A program made the translations under genes and the position numbers. Shown here in pieces: positions 22,274 to 32,627 of a stretch of DNA of 64,000 nucleotides (positions within the stretch are counted from its first letter, which is position 1; the number at the start of each line of letters is the position of its first letter). A model generated the notes under the pieces. The model worked only from the letters and a program-made list of their open reading frames with translations. It did not search any database and was not told where the DNA came from. The stretch lies in the NCBI GenBank assembly GCA_963731365.1, contig CAVSUI010000003.1:1116054-1180053 (forward strand), given 5' to 3'. Source of the stretch: an uncultured Gemmatimonadales bacterium (GTDB lineage: Bacteria; Gemmatimonadota; Gemmatimonadetes; Gemmatimonadales; Gemmatimonadaceae).

Positions 22274-22294
22274 ATATACCCCCGGGGGCTATAT
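22274..22294. promoter_or_regulatory. CsoR-operator-like GC-core pseudo-palindrome ATATACCCCCGGGGGCTATAT upstream of copZ
   Basis: Read directly, 38 nt upstream of the copZ ATG, in the copZ/dtd divergent spacer. It resembles known CsoR operators (a TACCC...GGGTA core with AT flanks) and is imperfect by one inserted C. Confidence 0.5.
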
Positions 22295-22316
22295 GAGGCA
22301 AGCACGGTTGGCGGGA

Positions 22317-22826
22317 ATGCAGACGGCTGGAGTCGGCGCGGTGATCGTCGTCCTCCAGCGAGCGTCGAGCGCGAGCGTCACCATCGATGGCTGCGTCGTG
22401 GGGTCGATCGGAGTGGGATTCGTACTCCTCGTCGGCTTCACCCACTCGGACAGAGCCGACGACTGCCGCTGGATGGCCGACAAAGTGGCTGGCCTCCGTG
22501 TATTCAACGACGCGGAGGGGAAGATGAACCTCTCGCTCGCCGACGTAGGCGGTGCGGTGCTGGTGGTGTCGCAGTTCACTCTTTACGGTGACGCACGGAG
22601 AGGGAAACGCCCGTCGTTCGTCGACGCGGCGCGACCCGAGACGGCGATCCCGTTGTACGAGATGTTCATTGCAATGCTGCGCGAAGCGGGAATCCGTGTC
22701 GCGTCGGGCGAGTTCGGAGCTGACATGGAGGTCGCATTGGTCAACGATGGTCCGGTCACGCTCGTGCTGGAGCGCTCGAGTGCCGTCTCGACTGAAGCGT
22801 CAACATCCTCAGGGCACCTCACGTAG
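22317..22826 (+). CDS. dtd: D-aminoacyl-tRNA deacylase
   Basis: [17 protein letters not shown]...[12 protein letters not shown]...[30 protein letters not shown]...[19 protein letters not shown]. The start may be 22317 (ATG) or 22341 (GTG). Confidence 0.85.
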   Translation: MQTAGVGAVIVVLQRASSASVTIDGCVVGSIGVGFVLLVGFTHSDRADDCRWMADKVAGLRVFNDAEGKMNLSLADVGGAVLVVSQFTLYGDARRGKRPSFVDAARPETAIPLYEMFIAMLREAGIRVASGEFGADMEVALVNDGPVTLVLERSSAVSTEASTSSGHLT

Positions 22827-22839
22827 TGATCTTCTTACG

Positions 22840-23466
22840 ATGACGACACGTTCGATCCGGGTAATCCTTGCGTCAGAGTCACCGCGCCGCCGCGAGCTTC
22901 TCACGCTCATCGGTATCGAGCACACGGTGAGTCCTTCGCGCATCGATGAATCGATCGTGGGCGACGAGGATCCGTGCGCGCACGTCGAGCGTCTCGCGCG
23001 CGAGAAGGCCCGCGTGGTCGCTGCGAACGCGAGCAAGGTGAGCGATCCGAGTGACACGCTCGTGATCGCGGCTGACACGGTGGTAGTCATCGACGGACGA
23101 ATCATCGGAAAGCCCGCGAGCGCCGCGGCGGCGGAGGATACGCTTCGCCTGCTCAGTGGTCGCACTCACACGGTAGTCACCGGAATGGCGTGCGTGCTCA
23201 ACGGCCGCACGGAGTCAGCCGTAGAGGATGTCGATGTGACTTTCAGAGAGCTCACCGACGACGAGATTCGCGACTACGTCTCGACCGGTGAGCCACTCGA
23301 CAAGGCGGGATCGTACGGCATTCAGGGTTACGGAGCCGCGATCGTCCGCCGGATCGACGGCGACTTCTTCGCCGTCATGGGCCTGTCGATTGTCAGGCTG
23401 ATGCAGCTGATGGAGAAGCTCGGTGTGCGTTATCGATTCGGACGCGCGCCGTTATCACATACATGA
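22840..23466 (+). CDS. maf: Maf-like nucleoside triphosphate pyrophosphatase
   Basis: IRVILASESPRRRELL...VIAADTVVVIDGRIIGKP...LSGRTHTVVTG...DKAGSYGIQG. ATG at 22840. Confidence 0.9.
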   Translation: MTTRSIRVILASESPRRRELLTLIGIEHTVSPSRIDESIVGDEDPCAHVERLAREKARVVAANASKVSDPSDTLVIAADTVVVIDGRIIGKPASAAAAEDTLRLLSGRTHTVVTGMACVLNGRTESAVEDVDVTFRELTDDEIRDYVSTGEPLDKAGSYGIQGYGAAIVRRIDGDFFAVMGLSIVRLMQLMEKLGVRYRFGRAPLSHT

Positions 23467-26400
23467 GACAGCAGTCCAACGCTCGTTCTCCGGGAATGAC
23501 TCGCATGAAGAGACAGATTCTTTTTGTATCGACGTTGTTGCTCGCGCTCGTCAGCGTTGTATCACGTCCGGCGCACGCGCAGGTCGGTACCACGACCGAC
23601 ATCATCACAGGTCGCGTGCTCGGTCCGGACGGCAAGCCGCTCGAGAACGTGACCGTCGCCGCGCAGTCGGCGGAGACGGGGATCACGCGCACTAAGCGCA
23701 CCGGTGCGGACGGACGCTACACGATTCTGTTCCCGGATGGCGGCGGCCAGTACCGTGTCGAGTTCCGCGCGATCGGCTTCGCGCCGACGCAGCGCAACAT
23801 CGCGCGTCAGGCCGACGAAGATCGCCTCGAAGTGAACGTGACCATCGGCCAGCAGGTTGCGACACAGCTCTCCGCGGTGAACGTCAGAGGGCGCAGGACG
23901 CCTCGCGGCAATGGCCAGCAGAACACTCCTGGCGAGACGGCGCGTACGCTGACCGCTGATCAGCTCGCGCGACTGCCAGTGGACGCGAGCGACATGTCCG
24001 CGGTCGCCGCACTCGCGCCAGGCGTCGTGCCCGTGGCCGGGACGGACTCCACGTCGGCTGCGTTCTCGGTCGCGGGACAGCGCTCGACGCTCAACAACAC
24101 GACGCTCGACGGCCTCTCGTTCGGCAGCTTCTCAGTGCCGGCTGAAGGTCTCCGGAGCACGCGCGTCATCACCAACACTTACGATCCAGCGCGCGGCCAG
24201 TTCAGCGGCGGCGAGATCGCATCCACGACGCGCGGCGGGACGGATGAGATCACGGGCGGCTTCACGTACTCGCGTCGTGATCCCACGCTCGAGTTCGAGG
24301 GTGACGACTCCGCTGCTGTCGCGCCGACGTACCTGCAGGATCAGATAAGCGCCGGTCTCGGCGGCCCCATCATCAAGGACAAGCTCTTCATCTTCGCTTC
24401 GGGACAGTTCCGACGCAGAAGTGATCCCGTTCCAGTCGCTGCTCGCGACGAGCCCCACTACACTCTCGACGCTCGGCCTCAATCCCGACTCGGTGTCGAC
24501 CTTCGAGCAGCACGTGAACGCGCTCGGCCTTCCGACCCCGTCGTTCGTTCCTGATCGCAGGATCGGCGACAACACCGTCGGACTCGTTCGCACCGACTGG
24601 CTGATCAACGACGCCAACACTCTCACGCTGCGCGGCGACTATCGCTCCAGCTCGCAGGATCCGTCGCGCAACAGCCCTTACGCGTTGCCGAGCAATACCG
24701 GGCTGAGTGAGACGGAAGGCGCCGGCCTGGCGGCGACGCTGACGTCGCTCACCGAAGGCGGAATCATCAATGAGCTGCGCGCCTACTACACCGGCGACAA
24801 GAACGATCTCAGCCCATACCTGTACCTGCCCAGTGGCCGCGTGAGGATCAACACGTTGCTCGCTGACGGCACGCAGGGCATCAATACGGTGAGCTTCGGT
24901 GGAAACGCCGGCTTCCCGCAGAACGGCCACACCTCACTGCTCGAGGCGGCAGACGAAGTGTCGTACCTGTCGAAGGATCGCGCTCACCGCGTGAGGTTCG
25001 GCACGCTGCTCGACATCAGCAGGTTCACGCAGAGCGCGACTACCAATCAGCTCGGCACGTTCACCTACAACTCGCTCGAGTCGTTCCTCAACGACACTCC
25101 TGACAGCTACACGCGCACGCTGAATCCGCAGGACCGCCTCGGTGCAACTACCGCAGGCGCGATCTATCTCGGTGATACATGGCGGCCGCGGCAGGGGATG
25201 CAGCTTGTGTACGGCCTGCGCGCCGAAGGCACTCACGTCGGCGATCCGCCTGCGCTCAATCCCGCGGTGCAGCAGACGTTTGGCTTCCGCACCAATCTCT
25301 TTCCGTCGGAGATTCACGTAAGCCCACGCGTTGGCTTCACCGCGAATCTCTCGCATCCCGACCCGAACGATCCATTCGCGCAGTTCCAACCGGCATTCGT
25401 GCTGCGCGGCGGCATTGGCGAGTTCCGCGCCAAGACGCCGACGGGATTGTACACGTCTGCGCAGGCCGGAACCGGACTTCCCAACACGCAGCAGCAGCTC
25501 ACGTGCATCGGACCGCAGGTCCCGACGCCCGACTGGGCGAGCTATTACGACAATCCGACATCCGCGCCGACCGCGTGTCTTCCGGACGTGAGCGCGCCTC
25601 CGGGCTTTGGTGCAGCACGCACAGCTGTCACAGTCTTCGATCCTGACTTCGAGGCTCCGCGCTCGTGGCGCGGCTCGCTCGGCCTGCAACATCGGCTCTG
25701 GGCGAACGTGACAGGGTCGGCGGATCTCAGCTATGCACGCGGTGTCTCACTGTACGGAGTGCGTGATCTGAACCTCAACACCACTCCGGCATTCACGCTC
25801 GCCGACGAGAACAACAGGCCGGTGTACGTGCCGCCGAACACGATCGTCCCGGGAACGGGCCAGACGAGCTCGAACGCGTCGCGCCTGCATCCGGAGTTTG
25901 GTCCGGTGTACGAGCTCACTTCGGGTCTCCACAGCGACACGCGCCAGCTCACGCTGTCGATGACTGGATCGACAGCGGGCGGTACGACGTTCTTCCTCGC
26001 GTACACGCTGCAGCGCACGCTCGACAACTCGTCGTTCGCAAACGGATCGGCCGCGTTGGGCTTCTCCTCGCCGACGACTGCCGGAAACCCGAACGTCACG
26101 GAGTGGGGACCGGGTGACATGGATATGCGTCACTCGATTCAGGGATACATGACGAAGCCGATCAATTCGTGGATGGAGATCACCGCGAACGGTCGACTCA
26201 CGTCGGGTACGCCGTTCACGCCGCTCGTCTCGGGCGACATCAATGGCGACGGCTCGCGCAACGACCGCGCGTTCATCTTCAATCCGGCGACGACGGCCGA
26301 TCCTGCCGTCGCGTCCGCGATGAAGGCGCTCATCGACGGGGCTCCGGCGCGCATCAGAGACTGTCTCACATCGCAGCTCGGCGAAGTCGCGGCGCGCAAC

Positions 26401-27150
26401 AGCTGCCGCGGGCCATGGACGCCGTCGCTCGACATGCAGGCCAACTTCCATCCTGACGGATGGGGAATGCACCACCACATGACGTTCTCGCTCGTTGCGT
26501 CGAACGTTCTCGCGGGCCTCGATCAGATGCTCCACGGCAGCAACCTCCGCGGCTGGGGGCAGTTCAACCGCACGGACCCGACGCTGCTCTACGTGAAGGG
26601 CTTCGATCCGGTGAAGAACGAATTCATCTACGACGTCAACGGCAGGTTCGGCCAGAACAACGCTACGACGCTCGTCTATCGTCAGCCGTTCGTGCTGTCA
26701 CTGCAGGCGCGCCTGGTGCTCGGTCCGGATCCGCGCGACCGCTTCCGTCAGATCTTTGCGGCGCGCACGGACACGAGCGCAACCAACGCTGCGGCGGTGC
26801 AGAACCCCGTCGCGCAGGTGATTCAGATGCGCGACACGCTGGGTCTCACCGACGATCAGGTCGCAAAGCTGAACGTCGTGTCGGATACTCTCGCGTCGCA
26901 GACCAAGGCGATCGCGGCGGTCATCCGCGCTCAGGTGCAGAAGAACGGCGGCAGCAACCCGCAGGCGATCATGAGCTCCATCCGTCCGCAGATCACGCAG
27001 GGACGCAAGGATCTCGCAGACGCGATGGCTCAGGTGAAGACGATCCTCACACCAGCGCAATGGGCGAAGGTGCCGGACAGTGTGAAGAATCCGCCAGCGT
27101 TCGGAGGATTGGGCGGCGGTGGGCGTCGCGGCGGCGGACCTGACCGCTGA
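23463..27150 (+). CDS. Giant CarboxypepD_reg/TonB-dependent-receptor-like outer-membrane barrel with a C-terminal LTXXQ (Spy/CpxP-like) tail (frame interrupted near 24419)
   Basis: Signal peptide MKRQILFVSTLLLALVSVVSRPAHAQ. CarboxypepD_reg segment ITGRVLGPDGKPLENVTVAAQSAETGITRTKRTGADGRYTILF. A long beta-rich body follows. The tail carries GLTDDQVAKL and ILTPAQWAKV about 75 aa apart. ATGA overlap with the maf stop at 23463; an alternative start is at 23505. Confidence 0.75.
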
Positions 27151-27170
27151 CGCGCGCAAGCAGTGAGATG

Positions 27171-27204
27171 AAAGAGGCGCAGCCGTCAACGGCTGCGCCT
27201 CTTT
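27171..27204. terminator. Bidirectional intrinsic terminator between convergent genes
   Basis: AAAGAGGCGCAGCCG tcaa CGGCTGCGCCTCTTT: a 15-bp perfect stem with A/T-run flanks. It lies between the barrel gene stop (27150) and the GT9 stop (27222). Confidence 0.65.
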
Positions 27205-27221
27205 CGCTTCAGAACGTCCCG

Positions 27222-28272
27222 TCAGCCCGTGCTGAGCTCGCGACGCGAGTACACGCGCTTCCAGCGCTCGATCATGGTCAGCACGTCATCCACCGTTATT
27301 CGCTGCATCCGGTCGGGCCGATTCTCCATCGTCGCCACGTAATCCTCGCCCGGATCACGATATGCGTCGATCATCAGATCGCGGAACCTGTACGGCCCTG
27401 TGCGCTTGGGGTTGGTGTAGCCGAGCAGCGAGATGGCGGGACGGTCCAGCGCGACCGCGATGTGAAGCGGACCGGTATCGGGTGCGAGGACCAGCGCGGA
27501 GCCGTCGAGGATGCTCACGAGCTTGCGCATACCGCTTCCGAGCTCCGAGCGAATCGGAACTGTCGCACGCTGCGTGATGATCCGCTCCGCGTCGAGCTCG
27601 CGCGCCGATCGACCGCCGACGAGCACCGGCTGCAACCCGTAGTCGTTGTAGAGCGCGTCGCACACCGCTGCCCAGCGCTCCGGCAGCCAATCCTTCGCCG
27701 GCTTGCTCGTCGCCACTACGACCGACGCAATCGGCCGATCGAACGTTGCGAGCCAGCCGCGCTGCCATTCGCGCTCGTGGCCCCAGGGACCGAGTCTCCA
27801 CTGGATCGGATCGCGCGGAACGCCGAGGTAGTCGAGGAACTCGAAGTACTGATCCTGCACGTGCTGGATCGCGTGTGGCGGGATCTTGCGGTTGGTGAAG
27901 AGCCAGTTCAGATCACGCGCGCGACGCCGATCGAAGCCCAGCTTCACGCGAGCATCGGTGAGCGCAGTGACGATCCCGGCCTTGAAATAGACCTGCAAGT
28001 CGATCAGTAGGTCCAGCTCGTGGCCACGCATCGCACGATGGATGTCGACGAATGCGCGCGCGCCCGCGCGATCGGTGAAACTCGACGATCTCATCCACGC
28101 ACGGATGGCCGCGCACGAGCGTCGCGGGAACGGGTTGGAGCACCCAGGTGATGCGCGCGGAGGGATTGAACCGCTTGATCGCGCATGCAAGCGGAAGCGC
28201 GTGCACCACGTCACCCACCGCCGACATCAGCATGATGCCGACGCGGTTCAGACTGATGTCGGCGCTACTCAC
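27222..28272 (-). CDS. Glycosyltransferase family 9 (LPS heptosyltransferase-like; frame interrupted near 28080)
   Basis: The N-terminus IMLMSAVGDVVHALPLACAIKRFNPSARITWV is in ORF 27913..28359. The body, with DRPIASVVVATSKPAKDWLPERW...LVLAPDTGPLHIAVAL, is in ORF 27222..28214. The GTG start overlaps the upstream stop (GTGA). The junction is at an AAA/TTT run. Confidence 0.75.
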
Positions 28273-29042
28273 GCAGGTTGAGCCGCCGCTGCGAGCGAGA
28301 GGTAGTTGATGTCCTGCTCGGAGAGGGCGTTGCTCCGCGTCTCGCGACGCGAGCGCCATTGTCGCAACGATCTCACCAGTCTGTCGAGATTGGCGCGCGC
28401 TACGAGCGGATCGCTCGGGACGTGGAAATGGACGCGATCCACGTCGAGCACGTACGCCACGTAGCCGCTTTCCGCGCTGGTGATGAGAACGTTTCTGAGA
28501 TTGAGATCCGGATGCTGAGCACCGCTCGCTGTCAGCCGCGCGAGGAGCCGCGCCACAGCGTCCAGGATTGGGCGGCGCTGCGCATCGTTGCGCGCATCGC
28601 TGAAGACTGCGGAGAGATCCGCACCGCCATCGACGTATCGCGTGATGACGTCAGCGCGGCGAAACAGCCAGCCGGCCGGATACGTTGCGACAGCGAGCAC
28701 CTCCGGGGTCGGCACGCCGCCGAGCCGCAGTCGGAACGCAGCGGCGAGCTCGCGTGCTACGCGCGTTGGCGGGAGGAAGCGGTCGTGGAGGAAGCGACCC
28801 GTGAAGCCGCCGCGCATGACGTGCCTCACCACGACTCGTCCGTCCTGTCCCGGCACCGTGATCGCGTAAACGCTCGTGCGGCCACGAAACGGCAGCGCAT
28901 CGGGCACGTGCGACGCGTAGTCGTAGAGCGTCTGCGACGCCATCACTTCGCGCACGAATGGCGCGATGGATTTCGCGGCCAGCACGCTTCCACGGTCCGT
29001 GACCACGTGCTCGTAGCCGGTGATCGGCACGACGTTGGTCAT
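28269..29042 (-). CDS. Lipopolysaccharide kinase (Kdo/WaaP) family protein, KdkA-like
   Basis: MTNVVPITGYE...VVRHVMRGGF...GAQHPDLNLRNVLI...YVLDVDRV (kinase catalytic-loop HxDLxxxN and DxD-like motif). The ATG overlaps the trpE stop (ATGA). Confidence 0.6.
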   Translation of the reverse strand: MTNVVPITGYEHVVTDRGSVLAAKSIAPFVREVMASQTLYDYASHVPDALPFRGRTSVYAITVPGQDGRVVVRHVMRGGFTGRFLHDRFLPPTRVARELAAAFRLRLGGVPTPEVLAVATYPAGWLFRRADVITRYVDGGADLSAVFSDARNDAQRRPILDAVARLLARLTASGAQHPDLNLRNVLITSAESGYVAYVLDVDRVHFHVPSDPLVARANLDRLVRSLRQWRSRRETRSNALSEQDINYLSLAAAAQPA

Positions 29043-30547
29043 GCGCACACCGCGTCGCGCTGCGACGCCGCACGTACGCGGCCGATGGCGGTGAGAACCG
29101 CGCGCGCCTTGTTCTCGGTCTCGGCCCATTCGCTCGCGGCGACCGAGTCCGCGACGATCCCCGCACCTGCCTGGACCGACGCCACGCCATCGGCAATCAC
29201 GCACGTGCGGATAGTTATCGCGAGATCCATCCGCGTGCCGCCCCAAGCGACGTAGCCCACCGCGCCCGCATACGCGCCGCGCCGCTCCGGCTCGAGCTCA
29301 TCGATGATCTCCATCGCGCGAACCTTTGGCGCGCCGGTCATCGTCCCGGCTGGAAAGACTCCGCGCAACACCGCCGCAACCGACAAGCCCTCGCGCAGTC
29401 GGCCGTCGACCTGACTCACGATGTGGAGCACGTGCGAATACTTCTCGACGCACATGAAGTCGCTCACCTCCACGCTCCCGTACTCGGCGATTCGCCCAAT
29501 GTCGTTGCGCCCGAGATCGACGAGCATCACGTGTTCCGCGCGCTCCTTCTCGTCGGCCAGCAGCTCGGCCGACAGTCGCTCGTCCTCCGCAGTCGTCGCA
29601 CCACGCGGGCGCGTCCCTGCGATGGGCCTCACCGTCACGTGCCGCTCGTCAACCCTCACCAGCAGCTCCGGTGAGCTGCCGACGAGCTCCGTGCCGTCCA
29701 GCGCGAGGTGGTACATGTAAGGCGATGGGTTGAGCACCCGCAGCGCGCGATACAGATCGCTCGAATCGAAATCGAACGGCACCGCGATGCGGCGTGCGAG
29801 GAGCGTCTGGAAGCAGTCGCCCGCGCGGATGTATTCCTTGATGCGCTCCACGTCGCGGATGAAAGCGTCGCGCGTGTAACTCGAGACGCCCCCCGCCGGG
29901 GGCGCCGCCGGGTCGAGATCGAGCGGTGCAAGCTGTGCAGGCCCGCGCAGTCTTTCCGCGATCTCATCCAGCTCGCCCTGCGCGTCATCGTACAGGCGCT
30001 GCAGCGCCTGCTCGCTCGCGTCATCGATCTCGACGGAGATGACGATGCGTGCGTGAGCGCGGAGGTTGTCCATGACCACGACCGCACGCGTGAGCACGAA
30101 CAACGCGTCCGGAAGATCGAGTGCGCGCGGCGGCGGGCTCGGAAGCGATTCGATCGCTCGGACGATGTCGTAGCCGAGATACCCTACCGCGCCGCCCCAG
30201 AACGCGCCAAGCTCGGGGACGGGAGCCGGCATGCGCGCCGTGACGAGCTTCTCGAGCTCGGCCAGGGGATCGTCGCTGCGGCGTGGGTCGTGCCAGCCGC
30301 GCCGCTCCGTCCAGCTCTCGACGATCCCGTCGCGCAGGCGCCATGCAGCGCGCGGCTCCGTTCCCATGAACGTGTAGCGGGACCAGGTCTCTCCGCCTGC
30401 CGGAGCGGATTCGAGCAGAAACGCGAAGTCACCGCGTCGCAGCTTCGCGAACGCTGAGACCGGCGTGTCGGTATCCAGAAGGACGTCGCGCCACACTGGA
30501 ACGAGTCCGAATTGCGCGGCGAGCTCCCTGAAGCGCTCGAAATCCAT
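29039..30547 (-). CDS. trpE: Anthranilate synthase component I (TrpE family; PabB not excluded)
   Basis: Intact 502 aa. LLESAPAGGETWSRYTFMG, the chorismate-binding C-terminus GTMTGAPKVRAMEIIDELE...RGAYAGAVGY and ADSVAASEWAETENKA. Confidence 0.85.
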   Translation of the reverse strand: MDFERFRELAAQFGLVPVWRDVLLDTDTPVSAFAKLRRGDFAFLLESAPAGGETWSRYTFMGTEPRAAWRLRDGIVESWTERRGWHDPRRSDDPLAELEKLVTARMPAPVPELGAFWGGAVGYLGYDIVRAIESLPSPPPRALDLPDALFVLTRAVVVMDNLRAHARIVISVEIDDASEQALQRLYDDAQGELDEIAERLRGPAQLAPLDLDPAAPPAGGVSSYTRDAFIRDVERIKEYIRAGDCFQTLLARRIAVPFDFDSSDLYRALRVLNPSPYMYHLALDGTELVGSSPELLVRVDERHVTVRPIAGTRPRGATTAEDERLSAELLADEKERAEHVMLVDLGRNDIGRIAEYGSVEVSDFMCVEKYSHVLHIVSQVDGRLREGLSVAAVLRGVFPAGTMTGAPKVRAMEIIDELEPERRGAYAGAVGYVAWGGTRMDLAITIRTCVIADGVASVQAGAGIVADSVAASEWAETENKARAVLTAIGRVRAASQRDAVCA

Positions 30548-30562
30548 GAGTTAAGTTGAGGG

Positions 30563-32617
30563 ATGAAGCGTACGGTGACAACGGGTGCCTTGCTCCTCCT
30601 GGCACCCATTGCCTTGAGGGCCCAGGAATGGAATTCCGACCGTGCCCTCGCAATCGCTCGACACGCGACCGAAGTGAGAGCGGCGCAGCTGGGTCCGGGC
30701 GGTCTCACGAGCTACAAAGCTGAAGCTCACGGATACCTGACGTTCCTCGCCCAGTTCGGACAGGGCTTCCCCGAGCCCCCAAAGATAGTCCGATCCGATG
30801 AGATAGCATCCGACGTTTATTGGCGCGCGCCGAGCTCGAGCAAGCAGCTGGTGAAGGGCCGCCGCGACACTCTGCTTCTCCCGACCGACATCCGCTACCA
30901 CCGCGACCATCTGGGCATCGTCCAGAACAATTTTCCAAGCATCATCCGGGTTGGCGACGGCGACGAGGTGTCGGATGTGCCGCATCCGCTGTCGGCTCAA
31001 GGGTTGGCGCTGTACGACTTTGCCATTGCCGATTCGCTCCAGATCCGCATCGGACCGCGCACGCTCGACGTGCTGCAGCTTCGCTACAAGCCCAAGGATC
31101 CTCACGCGCCGCGCGCCGTCGGGTCGGTGTACATCGACAGGGAAACCGGCGCGGTCGTGCAGATGTCGATCGGCTTCACGCGCGCCGCGCTGCGTGATCC
31201 CGAGCTCGAGGACTTGTCGGTCATTCTGGTCAACGGACTCATCGACGGGCGCTACTGGCTCCCGCGGTCCCAGGAGATCGAGATACGCCGTACCGGCACA
31301 TGGCTCGATTATCCCGCGCGCGGAATCATCCGCGGCCGCTGGGAGATATCAGACTACGACGTCAACGTGCCGGTCGACTGGGTGTTCGACAGCGGGCCGG
31401 AGATCGAGCTCGCTCCGGGCGGTCGCGCGCCGCGTGAAGGAGTCGTGACTTCGCCGGGCTTCAAGTTCACCGGCAACATTCTCGATTCGCTTCCGCCCGA
31501 CGTCGGTGCTTTCGCAAGTGCGGACGTAGCCAAGCTCCGCAGCGAAGTCAGCGATCTCGTGTCCGCCAGTGCGCTCGCGCGCACGCAACAGCTCGCGCTC
31601 GCCGCGCATGGCGTCTCCGATTTCATCCGGTTCAATCGAGTCGAGGGCATCGCCGCAGGCGGCGCGGCGACGATCCGACCCGCACCGCAGGTCGCGCTCG
31701 GCGTCGGCGCCAGCTACGCGTTCTCGCTTCACGAGCTGGAGCCTCACGGATCCGTCAGCTGGACTGGACAGAATGGTGCCACGGTCGCGGCGCGTGCATA
31801 CCACACGCTCGCTGATGCGTCGATCGTACCGGAGCGCTCGGGCGTCATCAACAGCCTCGCCGCGCAGGAGTTCGCGAGCGATTATACGGATCTCTACCGT
31901 AATTCCGGCGCTTCGCTGACGCTCGCGCTCCCTCGCGCGACGCTCAGACCGTCGCTCGAGCTCGCCGCTGAGACTCAGGACAGTGTCGGTGTGCACGCGA
32001 CGCCCGCTTCCGGGCACTTCCGCCCGGGCCTTCCTGCCACTCCTCTCTCGGAGTTGCGCGCGACGTTCGGCGTAGCTGCGCCATCGTTCACCATCGACAG
32101 CTTCGCCGGCTCCGCATCGCTCTCGCTGCAGGGAATGCGCGATCGACTCGCGGGCGGCGGGAATGTCGAGACCTTCGGCCGAGCGACGGTTCTTGTCGAC
32201 GCCACGCGACAGTACTCCAGCAGCTCGCTGGTGCTCTCGGGGATCGCGACCTCGCTTACTGGCGCGTCAGTGATCCCTGCTCAGCACCTCGCGCTCATAG
32301 GCGGACCGGTGACAGCGCCTGGCTACGACATGCACCAGTTTGCCGGTACGCGCGCGCTGGCGATGCACGCGGAGTGGCGTTTCAGAGTGCCATTCATCGG
32401 GGTGCCACTCGGCGCGTGGGGCACCGCGCCCGCCACGCTCACCGCCGCGCCGTACATTCACGACGCGTGGATCGATGGGGCGGGGTGGCATCCGAGCGTC
32501 GGCCTCGGCGTGCTCACGATCTTCGACCTGCTCAGGTTCGACGTGGCCCGCGGTCTCATCGACGGACGCTGGACGTTCAACGTTGATGTGAGTCCCACCT
32601 TCTGGCGCGTGCTCTGA
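30563..32617 (+). CDS. Outer-membrane beta-barrel protein (Omp85/surface-antigen-like C-terminus), function unknown
   Basis: Signal peptide MKRTVTTGALLLLAPIALRAQE. The C-terminus has alternating beta pattern ...HAEWRFRVPF...GLGVLTIFDLLRFDVARGL...WTFNVDVSPTFWRVL. Intact 684 aa. The family call is tentative. Confidence 0.5.
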   Translation: MKRTVTTGALLLLAPIALRAQEWNSDRALAIARHATEVRAAQLGPGGLTSYKAEAHGYLTFLAQFGQGFPEPPKIVRSDEIASDVYWRAPSSSKQLVKGRRDTLLLPTDIRYHRDHLGIVQNNFPSIIRVGDGDEVSDVPHPLSAQGLALYDFAIADSLQIRIGPRTLDVLQLRYKPKDPHAPRAVGSVYIDRETGAVVQMSIGFTRAALRDPELEDLSVILVNGLIDGRYWLPRSQEIEIRRTGTWLDYPARGIIRGRWEISDYDVNVPVDWVFDSGPEIELAPGGRAPREGVVTSPGFKFTGNILDSLPPDVGAFASADVAKLRSEVSDLVSASALARTQQLALAAHGVSDFIRFNRVEGIAAGGAATIRPAPQVALGVGASYAFSLHELEPHGSVSWTGQNGATVAARAYHTLADASIVPERSGVINSLAAQEFASDYTDLYRNSGASLTLALPRATLRPSLELAAETQDSVGVHATPASGHFRPGLPATPLSELRATFGVAAPSFTIDSFAGSASLSLQGMRDRLAGGGNVETFGRATVLVDATRQYSSSSLVLSGIATSLTGASVIPAQHLALIGGPVTAPGYDMHQFAGTRALAMHAEWRFRVPFIGVPLGAWGTAPATLTAAPYIHDAWIDGAGWHPSVGLGVLTIFDLLRFDVARGLIDGRWTFNVDVSPTFWRVL

Positions 32618-32627
32618 GCGCGACGAC

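Noticed and set aside
30548-30562. The 15-bp spacer between the divergent trpE and the Omp85-like gene, as a shared regulatory site.
   Set aside because: It is too short to contain recognisable elements, and no palindrome is present. The promoters must lie inside the neighbouring coding regions, or the annotated starts are slightly off. I found nothing testable in the sequence itself.
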